A stretch of 63,484 nucleotides of DNA, filler included, from Licmophora abbreviata (taxonomy: Eukaryota): the NCBI GenBank assembly GCA_900291995.1. It is 9 parts of 9 records of this genome, joined end to end, with 100 filler letters (N's around TTAATTAATTAA, not from the genome) between each part and the next. Parts side by side here need not be neighbours in the genome. Positions count along the whole stretch, not along the records: positions 44,749 to 48,851 come from OLMU01004832.1; positions 48,952 to 54,484 come from OLMU01004834.1; positions 54,585 to 57,153 come from OLMU01004835.1; positions 57,254 to 62,129 come from OLMU01004837.1; 5 more parts are not named here. One strand, given 5' to 3'. Positions 47,401 to 57,355 of the stretch are shown here, piece after piece (position 1 is the first letter of the stretch; each line of letters opens with the position of its first letter). Made by a program: the position numbers and the translations under genes. The notes under the pieces were generated by a model. That model did not search any database and was not told the origin of the DNA. It was given only the letters and a program-made list of their open reading frames with translations.

Positions 47401-47711
47401 AGTGATGGAATGGATGAGGGAAACGACGATGTTGTCGGTCCAATCGTGGGCGAGTCGCTTGGCATTGCTGAAGGGAGAAACGTGGGCCCAGGAGCAGGAA
47501 GAGGGTCTTCTACCAAACCTCCTGTCTCCGTCTTGGTTCCATTTTTGCACTTTAGTACGGGCACCAGGCTGCCGACGACATCGTCAGGGTTTTCGTAGCT
47601 TCTACTGAAACTAAGCCTGCATGGTTCGTTGTCGTCATGGTCGTCGCGAGCTGTCACACTTAAGATGCCTGCAAAGCTGAAGAGGAAAACTAGCTTGAGT
47701 ATCCTCGTCAT
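44488..47711 (-). CDS. Secreted mucin-like (PTS-rich) leucine-rich-repeat protein
   Basis: Signal peptide, long S/P/T tract, diatom LRR N-cap (ALHWILDTD..VLQRYVLGLLYFET..W..C..ECQWGGISC), plant-type LRRs (LDLDENKLQGSIP). The last exon past the spacer ends CDMCATEGCCTGCLN*. Confidence 0.85.
44649..44748. other. Artificial assembly spacer (inside an intron of the LRR gene)
   Basis: 44 N + TTAATTAATTAA + 44 N. Confidence 0.98.
45870..46960 (-). repeat. Four imperfect coding repeats, ~80-110 aa period
   Basis: Recurring SPTRSPASSTAAPSD..SQAPS..PSLNPVSST.APSKFPSAS; the DNA anchor gtcgctggga[g/a]ctgc recurs at about 45978, 46260, 46503 and 46832. Confidence 0.85.
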
Positions 47712-48336
47712 GGTGGTGAGGGAGAATGAATCGAATGACGCAATACAAGGAGAGAGTGTGTTGTGGAGGGAGGTGCACAACAAACTTGCGTGTTTTGGCG
47801 AAAAGTCGACCCCATTTTGTGAGGCGGAGGGTGAGAAACGGCCGTCCAGGCTACGCTTGCAACGAATTGTAAATAAATAAAAAATGTCTGGATACTTTTA
47901 CTTGAATTTATGTATTAATACGTTAATACGTATCATATCGTTTCAGACAACAGTCGCGCATTCCACAACAAGGCAACAACGGAGAGTGAACCTCCTCATT
48001 TTCCGATAAATTCATCAAGATCTGCATACCTGTACCCGCTATCATACCCACAAACGATTGAGCGCTGGTTTGAGCTGCCAGGAGGAAGAGAAACCATGAG
48101 CAGCAAAGAAGACGACAGCAATGAACTCATCAGACGTCTACCTGTCGACTTCGTTGTTGGGCGTCCTTGTACACGAGCATCTTAAACCACGTTTTGTAAA
48201 TATGCGAATGACTGAATGCAAGAGGCTGTCACAAAAAATGCAAAAAAACATTGGGCATCATTGAGTCACGGGCAACACATTTTGAACTTCTTCAAGCATT
48301 CTCCTCTCCACTATTATAGGCGCAAGTTCGTCCTAC

Positions 48337-49891
48337 ATGGCGGATGCCGGTGATACCCATACGGCATCGCTTCCCACTAGAATGCTGCTGGCAAAGGTGC
48401 AGGTGCCAAGGCAGCGGCGACGACGACAGGCTGCTCGTCGCCTTGGTATCGTCATCTCAATAGCGTCCCTTCTTCTTTCGACGATAGTCTCACTTTTCAC
48501 TTTCAAGCCAGTAGAGAATGTCATTCACTCTTATATTTCCCTTGGAGTGGTGGAATTTGTGTCTGACAACAATCGCTGGTTCAAGAGCGAGGAATCTGGC
48601 ATACTTCGTAGGGAACTTGAGACCCGGCGCGCTGAAAGGAGCCTTGCCATCGACAAAAAGCTGAACCACACAACAGAAAACTCAACAGATGTATGCGTAC
48701 CGTGGAGCATGAACACGGACAAATGGTGGGGACAAAATCCCGAATGGGACGTTTACAAGACCACAGCTGAGAGCATCTGCTTTTTCAAGGAGGATACGTC
48801 GAAAACGCGTTTCTTTCGCGAGCTGTATGAGCTTCAAAATGGGGATTGCTCNNNNNNNNNNNNNNNNNNNNNNNNNNNNNNNNNNNNNNNNNNNNTTAAT
48901 TAATTAANNNNNNNNNNNNNNNNNNNNNNNNNNNNNNNNNNNNNNNNNNNNAAAAGGGACGTACAGCGTTCTCATCTTTCTCGTTCTCGCAATTGTCGTA
49001 AGCAGGTGGGACAGTGGTTTCAACGCAGACATGCATAACGTCATGGATGGCTTGGCGTATGGGCTGGAGCAGAGGAGGCCGTTTCAGATCGATTTTGAAC
49101 CGACACATTCTACGGTGTGGCACTATGCGGCACTTAAGGATGGCAGCAAACCAGTTTGTCAAACAAAGGATATGTTTTGCTTCTTTCTCCCTCTTGGCCA
49201 GTGCGAGCCCGGAACCATTGACAAGGAGGCGTTCCGTTCAGAGACGTTGGATAGAAACGGATTGCAGAGGAGACGTTGGCTCGTCGACTATGTAGCTAGA
49301 CCGCAGCAATGGTTGCGTCGTCGCGTTTACGAGTATTTGAGAGACAAGGCACCATCGATTGGCCAGTCAACCGTTGTGATGCACGTCCGTCGCAGTGACG
49401 TCGTCCTGCATCTCGACTGGTCACGAAAGTACTATGCTATCGAGGATTATTTGACACGTCTCCGCGAAGAGAATATCCATGCAAAGAGCATCTTCCTTCT
49501 CACTGATGATGCGAATGCAATCGACGAAGCTTTGGAATTCCATCCTGAGTACAATTGGCTATTCTTGAATAGGACACGACATCGCGGGGCAGAAGGTGGT
49601 TGGGAGAATCAGCTTCCGTCGAAGGATCCTATTCAAGAAATGGTGACTCTGCTGGCTACATTCAGTCTTGTCAAGCAGTGCGACACGATCGTTCATGGGG
49701 AGAGTGGTTTTGCAGACACCTTGTTGTTTCATATGGAAGCCACTGGAAAGAAAATTACGAATCTTCGTGTCGAAGAGAACATGGATCTGGACGAAGTGCT
49801 GAGCAAGAACAACACCGAATCCGTGGAAGCATTAGCACAAAGGTTGGAGGAGCGACGAAAAGCAAAGACAGAAGCGAAAGCAGCACAATAG
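48337..49891 (+). CDS. GT23-like (alpha-1,6-fucosyltransferase-like, GT-B) glycosyltransferase; paralog 1, spans a gap
   Basis: TM helix, CVPWSMNTDKWW..PEW, then after the gap SGFNAD, MHVRRSDVV and IFLLTDD, resembling the FUT8/NodZ HxRRxD and xxTDD motifs. Confidence 0.75.
48852..48951. other. Artificial assembly spacer (inside the GT23-like gene)
   Basis: 44 N + TTAATTAATTAA + 44 N. Confidence 0.98.
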
Positions 49892-50095
49892 ACCTTTAAA
49901 TGACGCCTGAACAGCAATGGATCGACAAAGATTGATAGTCCACTATTTCGGGAAGAGTCGATACACCTGTAAACTCTAAGATAATGCAATATTGTTCTAC
50001 ACACTAGAAAGCTCATTCCTTCCCATCCAAGTCAGTATGCCACACACCTTGACGGCGTGTAAGACCACATGTCCGGTTTGAATGCTGTTAGCTCT

Positions 50096-51091
50096 CTAGT
50101 CTCGAACTCGGCATACTGTACTCGAAATGAGCACTACCGCCAGTGCATGTACAGCTGGCCCACCACCTAGATGATCTAGAATCTGATGAATAGCGCAGAA
50201 GAGGCCGTAAAAGGAAATCAAGACGATCAACAGCACTACGAGGGCAATCGACGTTGTCCAGCCCAAAGTAGTATCAAAAAAGAAATACAAGAACTGCGGT
50301 CCTTCTGGGGGTGGCGCCCAGCAGTGCATAAAAGCCCAGGTAAACAAGATGTAAATCAAGCCATACAATGCCGACACGCTCAAGTCAACATATCGAACGG
50401 GCAAGCCTCCCAAAAGACTGACTTCGGTGAGCGCAAAAATGCAATTGGCGTTGTGCCATAGCAAGGCGCGAGGCGTCTTCAGTGCAGAAGTAGGATTTTC
50501 TTTGTCTCCTTTACCACTTGCTAGCACTTGCGGCCAAATACCATAGCGTACGACAAAAGCAACCAGAAGTGCGGTTGGAGCAGACGCTTCAAACAGCAGA
50601 ATGCCTGCTCGTAGAAGCCAGTTCGGTACCTCCTGTGACACGAGTGCCTTATAACCAATCAACGCGTTCACTCCAAAGCTCGTCGAGAGCAAACTCCAAG
50701 CCCAAGAGGTAAATGGTAAGAGTATCCGAAATCCTGACAAGGAAACCTTGACGTTTCGTTTCAGTTTGGATTGAGGCAAATAAGCAGGAACGACAGGCGG
50801 TCGATCCGTGTCACAGATTGCATAAACCTGTGTTCCCACCATGAAAACGAAAACAAGTGCACGAACATATACAAGAGTGCGCAGCGAGATCAAGTGGGGA
50901 AACAGACGGTTTGTAAAGCTCTCAAGCGTAGCGACATGGTCCAGGGACTCAACGCGTGGGAGGGAATTTGTAAACGCAGCAGTCATGATGCCCACGAGAG
51001 CGATTGCATGCCATGGTGGAGGAGCGTACTTGACATGTTGCAGTTTTTGCTCTGCATGCTTTCTGGTGGAACTCCTTGTGGTAACAGCCAT
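50096..51091 (-). CDS. Multi-pass membrane protein, FAR-17a/AIG1- or rolling-stone-like; paralog 2
   Basis: Colinear with 31487..32470: VTTRS, APPPWH, PFTSWAW, LLVAFVVRYGIWPQVL, WHNAN, FLYFFFDTTLG, CR.RD. Confidence 0.7.
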   Translation of the reverse strand: MAVTTRSSTRKHAEQKLQHVKYAPPPWHAIALVGIMTAAFTNSLPRVESLDHVATLESFTNRLFPHLISLRTLVYVRALVFVFMVGTQVYAICDTDRPPVVPAYLPQSKLKRNVKVSLSGFRILLPFTSWAWSLLSTSFGVNALIGYKALVSQEVPNWLLRAGILLFEASAPTALLVAFVVRYGIWPQVLASGKGDKENPTSALKTPRALLWHNANCIFALTEVSLLGGLPVRYVDLSVSALYGLIYILFTWAFMHCWAPPPEGPQFLYFFFDTTLGWTTSIALVVLLIVLISFYGLFCAIHQILDHLGGGPAVHALAVVLISSTVCRVRD

Positions 51092-51511
51092 GTGATCTCT
51101 CTAGGGTCGAAGGGATGTAAACGAGTTTCAAGTCGTCGCCGCACACACGGTCGCCGGCGCTTTGGTTTCAGCAGGTTTACCGGTACCGGTCACTTTCAAG
51201 TCTTTTTATGCGTTGGGAACCGGTACCTTGTACGTACTAAGAAACGTATTCAGTCATCAATATATTTCCGTAAATTTGTTTAGTAATAAATACACTTAAT
51301 GTCTGTATATTGCTTCATATGTGTTTTGAATGTCTCTTTGTGCGGATAATCCCTCTTTTTCATCGATGCATGTGGGACATTATATTCGAAGTTCTTTCTT
51401 CATGCGTTGTGGCCACATCGAACGTATCGCGTAAGAGAAGTGGTCTCGGTCTTATCATTCACTGTCCCTGTCTTGTCTGTTTGCTTGATCCCAACTGCTC
51501 GTAAAGACACA

Positions 51512-53111
51512 ATGATAGAGGAATCCTCTTCGAGCGCGCTTCCTGGGCCGCAGCAGCATCGTCGGTGCAGGGGTCATAGACTTACTATCAGTGTGGCCAG
51601 TGGCGCCGTGTTCCTTTTCTCGACTAGTTCCTTGTTCGTTCTTCGTCCTTCCAATTACTTATTGAAGCTATCGGACCTCAGTGTACCGGAGGTGAGGCGC
51701 TCCTTGAACAATCTCAGCTCTTTAGCGCAGACAGCGATTGCCCGCGACAGAGAACTTGACACGGTTCAAAACGATTGCGCACCCGGGTTGAATGACCCCA
51801 GACCGACTCACGCAAATGGTAACCGCGACCCTGTTCTGCAACCTATCGATGTATCTTCTCCGCTGAAGTACTTGGACCTGTTCAACCCGGCTCTGGAGAG
51901 TCTAGAAAGGTTCTGTGTCCCCTGGGCTCTCAACACAGACTCGTGGTGGACTCATCATCCCGAATGGATTGTAGAATCTGAAACAGAAGAAAATCTGTGT
52001 TTCGCCAAAGAAAAGTCGCATCGTACGAGGCTGTTCAAGAGGCTGTATGAAAACCAATTTATCACAGGAAATTGCTCGGAAGTACATACCAAGCATATGT
52101 AAGTGAGATTTTATTATGTTAGCTGCTCCTACAACCGTACCTCCTGGTATGTACCACGATTCTCGTTGTTGCCATGTCACTGACGACCCCTTTTCATTTG
52201 CAACTACCAGGTGGAGTTCTGGACTGGGCGCTGATTTAAATAATGTCATCGATGGCCTTCGGTACGGACTGAAGAACAAAAGGCCATTTCAGATAACCTT
52301 TCATCCCGACGATGATGTGGATCCCGGCAAAGCCTGGCATTATGCGGCGTTGAAAGATGGAAGCAGACCAGTATGTCCAAGCAAAGACATGTTTTGCTAC
52401 TTTCTTGATCTTTCTCCTTGCGAGCCGGGAGAGCCAACAGAGGTGGCGTTTGGAATGGATGTGGAGACACAGGGCATACTGGCGAGCTGGATGCTTGACT
52501 ATGTGATGCGGCCGCAGCAGTGGCTCAGACGCCGCGTCTTTGATTATATGAGGGATCAGACACCGACCATGACGGCACCCTGTGCCGCGATTCACATTCG
52601 ACGATCAGACGTTGTGCTTCATAATGAGTACAGTCGCAAATACTTTGCAGTGGAAGATTATCTGAAAGCTATGCGGGTGAAGAAGGTAAATCGCAAGAAT
52701 GTTCTTCTGCTCACCGACGATGCCAACGCCATCGAAGAAGCGTTGGAATTTCATAAGAACTACAACTGGACCTATCTTAATCGAAAGAGGCATCAAGGTG
52801 CAGAAGGGGGCTGGGAAAATCAGCTCCCATCCAACGATCCTTTGGAAGAGATGGTCGCCATCCTCGCAACGTTTCGAATGGTCCAGCAGTGCGACGTGAT
52901 TGTCCATGGGTACAGCTCTTTCAGCGACCTGCTATACTACAACATGATTCTAGCTGGAAACCCCGTTTCCCGTGTTCTGGTTGATGAAGGCAAGGAAGTG
53001 TTCGACCTGAACAATACAGCCTCTGTTGAGGCCCTGGAAGACAGGCTGAACAAAAAACGGGGCATTTCCTATCAGAAAACGAAAGGGAAGAGAAACCACC
53101 TGAGGCCATGA
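51512..53111 (+). CDS. GT23-like glycosyltransferase; paralog 2
   Basis: TM helix, CVPWALNTDSWW..PEW, intron 52099..52210, WSSGLGAD, IHIRRSDVV, VLLLTDD, GAEGGWENQLPS shared with paralog 1. Confidence 0.78.
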
Positions 53112-53280
53112 AAGGGTATAGCTTAGTTTTGAAAAACATCTTTGTAGTATCGGTACTACCATAAAAGTCCATGTTATCAAGATGGGAACCGCCGCATCCT
53201 CCATTCCTTGATACGCATAGTCTGACAGTACAGTCGTCGCAGCACCTCCAAAAAGATTCAGCATCAAGCTTCCAATCTTT

Positions 53281-54369
53281 CTACGCGTCTGCAACTTTGA
53301 TAACAACTTTGCCGTGTGCATGAATTGACTTCTGCAACGTCAAGGCTTGCCTCACTCCGTCTTCGGTAAAGGGAAAGGGAGAGGCTGGATCCAATATGAC
53401 CTTGATATGGTTTCCGTCTATATCTCGGAAAAGGCACGACAGATCGCCATCTTGCAAGGCAAGAGCTTCTGGTGTATGCCATGCTGGTACCCTCGGATTC
53501 AACCGTGAGTAGAGCAAGCGTCCAACAAACTCGAATCCGAGGCGGAGCATATCCAAGGTTCCGTGCACGACGATATCAGTTTCCACGCCAGTCATGAGCT
53601 GTACATAAACACCGTCGCGTTTGACGGCACGTCCCGAGCAGCCACCGTTCTGCCAGTTGTGACCATTTACCAAGTCTAGGACAACATCGAACCTGTCTTT
53701 GTCGCGATGAAACTCTTCAAGCTCCCACCAGTTTTCTTTTCGGTAGTCGATGACACGATCCACTCCTAGTGACTGCAACAATTCCGTTTGGGTGGAGGTG
53801 GCGGCAATATACGACGCTCCATAGAACTTAACATATTGACACAGAAATGTGCCAACGCCTCCGGATCCCCCCAGAATTAGGATTCGCGGTGCCTTCCTCT
53901 TCCAATCGCGGACGTATAGCTTTGCTAGCACCTTGGCCGCCATGGCGGAAGCCGGAAGTGTGCTTGCGTGAGTCGGGGAGAGCGTTTTGGGCGCAAGCTC
54001 TGTCAATGCTCGCTTGACTAGCCGATACTCTGCGACCCCTCCGGTGGGCTTTGGCTCGTCAAATCTGGATACTACGCGGTCGCCAACCTGGAACTTGCGT
54101 TCGCCGTGTGGAACCTCGGTTACTATGCCACACACATCACTGCCAATGACGTAGGGGTGACCAGACTCTGGCAGTTGCACGTGATCAGTCATACCAGAGA
54201 GCAGTCGAACGTCACCAGGGGCCAGCGCACAGGCCAGGACCCGAATCACGAGATGGTTGCAGCGCTCTTTCTCGCTGACGACATCCCGCAGCGTTGGTTT
54301 GGGCCAGTCGTTTCGAACGAAAATGTTTCGATCGATTTCACCAAAGCCAGTGGCAATCGCAGCTTTCAT
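53281..54369 (-). CDS. MDR-superfamily NAD(P)H quinone oxidoreductase-like protein (RTN4IP1-like)
   Basis: VIGSDVCGIV, FQVGDRV, ILILGGSGGVGTF, LGVDRVIDY, HAHGKVVI. Confidence 0.88.
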   Translation of the reverse strand: MKAAIATGFGEIDRNIFVRNDWPKPTLRDVVSEKERCNHLVIRVLACALAPGDVRLLSGMTDHVQLPESGHPYVIGSDVCGIVTEVPHGERKFQVGDRVVSRFDEPKPTGGVAEYRLVKRALTELAPKTLSPTHASTLPASAMAAKVLAKLYVRDWKRKAPRILILGGSGGVGTFLCQYVKFYGASYIAATSTQTELLQSLGVDRVIDYRKENWWELEEFHRDKDRFDVVLDLVNGHNWQNGGCSGRAVKRDGVYVQLMTGVETDIVVHGTLDMLRLGFEFVGRLLYSRLNPRVPAWHTPEALALQDGDLSCLFRDIDGNHIKVILDPASPFPFTEDGVRQALTLQKSIHAHGKVVIKVADA

Positions 54370-54484
54370 TGTAAGTGAGAATGAGAGAAAGAGCTAAAAG
54401 TGAGGCCCTCGTTGTCAGTAAGGACGCACACAAACGAGTGTTGCAGGTGGCATGTTCCTTCTAAATCTTGACATCGATGCTTGC

Positions 54485-54584
54485 NNNNNNNNNNNNNNNN
54501 NNNNNNNNNNNNNNNNNNNNNNNNNNNNTTAATTAATTAANNNNNNNNNNNNNNNNNNNNNNNNNNNNNNNNNNNNNNNNNNNN
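54485..54584. other. Artificial assembly spacer
   Basis: 44 N + TTAATTAATTAA + 44 N. Confidence 0.98.
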
Positions 54585-57153
54585 GCTTACCAGGCTGCGG
54601 AATTGACGGAGACAGGTACACTGCAAGCAGCCATGCAGACCTGGCTGCAGAACGGATAACAGGAACGGGCTTTACCGATGATCGGCGCTCCCCAGGATGC
54701 TCACATCCGCTCGGAGGAGACCACGTCTACTCGACGTTTTCATCAGTGACCCATGTGGAGGAATTGCTGGGATTTACCGGAACGACGCGCCTGTCCTATC
54801 ATGGAGGACTCGGCGTCGAAAAAGTTCGTACGAACGGCTTAGCACACTAAGTTAATCTTTGAGTTCTGGTGAACTGTTCCGGGCCTCCCTCGAACAGGCT
54901 CAGATGGAAGTGGGAATAGGCTGTCCGATCTTCCTCGCCTCATTTGACCAATGGGGTTTCCTGTTGACAGACTGTTGGATCAAACAACTTTGGCAATTCC
55001 TCTCCGACAATGCGATCCGGCTCACCGGGCCCCAATCTCTCCCCAAACTGCAGCGAACAGGCGACGCCTTCCTCATGGAGCTGGCTATGGCAACCCACAG
55101 TTTTTCCAACCGGGAACTCCTCTCGTTTAACCGATGCCGACTTTACTGGGAAGCAATGACACTGGCTGACGTGACAACCGGGGACGGGACCAGGCTCTTG
55201 ACGGACGCTATCCTTTTGCGCCAGGCCGACACGGCACGCCCGAGCATATGGGAATGGCCACGAGAGATGCCCTGCCAAGCGGACATCAACATCTGGCGAC
55301 GCACCTTGCGGCGAGTGACATCCGAATCGATGCGACTGCCAGCGTTGATGACCCTAGGCGCCTGGATTGCCGAGCCACACAAACAGTGGGATTGGTTCTA
55401 CTCCCCCGGCCGCCGGAGGCTGTTCCACCGGAAACACGGCGCCTGGTTTGAATATATTCCGACGAACAACCAAGGAGCCCGAACAACTTCATTCCGACGG
55501 ATTGGGACGCTTTCGGAGGACCCCCCTGAACCACTCCAGCGAGCGACAGTGCAACTACGACCGCACCTCAACCGAGTGATCCTGGAAGGGGCTGCTTCAA
55601 CCCAACTTCCCCACACGCCACCTCCGACATCGGTCAGACAGCTCTTGGACTCCTGGGACGACTCTTGGCCGTTGACGGAATGCCAATTTCCCGAGCACTG
55701 GGGCGCCATTGTGGAAGCGATTCACAACGGTACTGCGATAGGGGCATGCGACGGCTCCTACATGCCGACCTTGTGCGATTCCATGGGGACAGCAGCGTGG
55801 AGGATAGAGAACCCAGAGACCGGTACGCACACAAGAGGAGTGTGCCGCACCTCTGGCCACCCTACTGACGTTAATGCCTACCGATCTGAGCTCCAAGGCA
55901 TCCATGCCCTTTTGTTGTGTCTTAAGGCAGCGTGCGAGTTCCACGCGATCCAGCAGGGGAGCATCACGGTGGGATGTGACAACAAGGCAGGAGTTAATTA
56001 CGCGAACGGCGACTGGTTGAAACTGGGGATGCGGACCAAGCACGTGGATATCATCCGGGCAATTCGACATCTCAAAGCGGAGCTTCCGATCCGAGTCACC
56101 TTTCAACACGTGTACGGCCACCAAGACGATCTTCGGTGATATGAGGAGCTGCCACGCCTGTCGCAACTCAACGTCATGATGGATGAGGCGGCGAAACGAT
56201 ACTTACGACACTCATACACATTCCTCCGAGATATCCCGGTTCCCCAGAGCATACGACAGGAAGGCTGGAGCTGCTGGATTCAGGGCTGGAAATCTACGTC
56301 AACGCCGGAGGCCGTGGTCAAGAAAGCGGTCTGGGGAAAGCGTCTACGAGCTTACTTGGGGGAGAAGGGACGCCTACCGGAGCCTCTGTTCGACTGCGTG
56401 GATTGGGAAGCGTCCGGAACTGCTTTCGAGGGCCTTCCAACTTTGTTCCGTCTCTGGGCCACGAAATTCATTAGCGGCTTCTGCGGGACAGGGGTCATGC
56501 TAGAGCGTTGGGGAGAATGGGAGGAGAACCTGTGCCCACTCTGCCACACCGCACCGGAGGACACTGGCCACATATTATGCTGCTCGGATCAACGCGCACA
56601 GCAGACCTGGGAGGAGGCCATGGCTGGGCTGGACGCGTGGCTGGCCGAAATGGACACCCACCCCGATCTCCATCGTTGCCTCATCCGCGCGCTCCGGGAT
56701 AGAACAGCGGAGTCACGGTTCACGAGCCATTGCCCCCAGCCTACGGGCCCAGTCTACGAAGCAGCACTGGAACAGGACGGCATTGGTTGGCGCAACCTCC
56801 TAGAGGGGAAACTCTCGACCCGCTGGAGAGCCATCCAACATGAACACTACTTGGAGATTCACTCCAAACGAACGGCAAACAGGTGGACAGCAGGCCTCGT
56901 CACCCAGCTACTGACCGCTGTACACAAGCTGTGGACCAACCGCAACAATGTCGTACACGAAAGGGATGCTCATGGATTGAAGCTTGAGGAAGCGGAGGAG
57001 ATCGCTATGGTTATTGAGGAACAATTCGAATTGGGCACCGCGGACCTGTACAACCAGGACAAACACCTCCTTCTTCGGGGACGCGACTCCGTAGAGGCCA
57101 TGCCCGGTCAGGAGAAACGGACTTGGGTGGCCGCCATCACGCTGGCAAGGACG
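54585..57153 (+). mobile_element. Ambal-like non-LTR retrotransposon fragment (post-RT region, RNase H, CCHC-like knuckle), circularly permuted
   Basis: RNase H motifs ACDGSY, AYRSELQGI, GCDNKAG, HVYGHQD, NVMMDEAAK; CPLC..EDTGHILCC; one in-frame TGA at 56137. ORF C-terminus and 3' UTR sit at 54585..~54860; the truncated ORF restarts at ~54866. Confidence 0.8.
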
Positions 57154-57253
57154 NNNNNNNNNNNNNNNNNNNNNNNNNNNNNNNNNNNNNNNNNNNNTTA
57201 ATTAATTAANNNNNNNNNNNNNNNNNNNNNNNNNNNNNNNNNNNNNNNNNNNN
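57154..57253. other. Artificial assembly spacer
   Basis: 44 N + TTAATTAATTAA + 44 N. Confidence 0.98.
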
Positions 57254-57355
57254 CCGCTTTTGTAAATTTGAGGGCAAACGGACAGACTACCAACATGTGA
57301 CTGTCCAGTGGCGGGATGAAGTTTAACTTTTTCTCGACCGAGGCCATGACCGACC

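Noticed and set aside
54715..54750. CTGATGA followed by a stem-loop on the minus strand as a hammerhead ribozyme
   Set aside because: The required GAAA after stem II is absent (GGTC follows), and I could not build stems I and III.
56137..56139. TGA between the two retroelement ORFs as programmed readthrough or an ORF1/ORF2 boundary
   Set aside because: It falls inside the RNase H domain between HQD and the final N..D motif, so a CGA>TGA point mutation is simpler.
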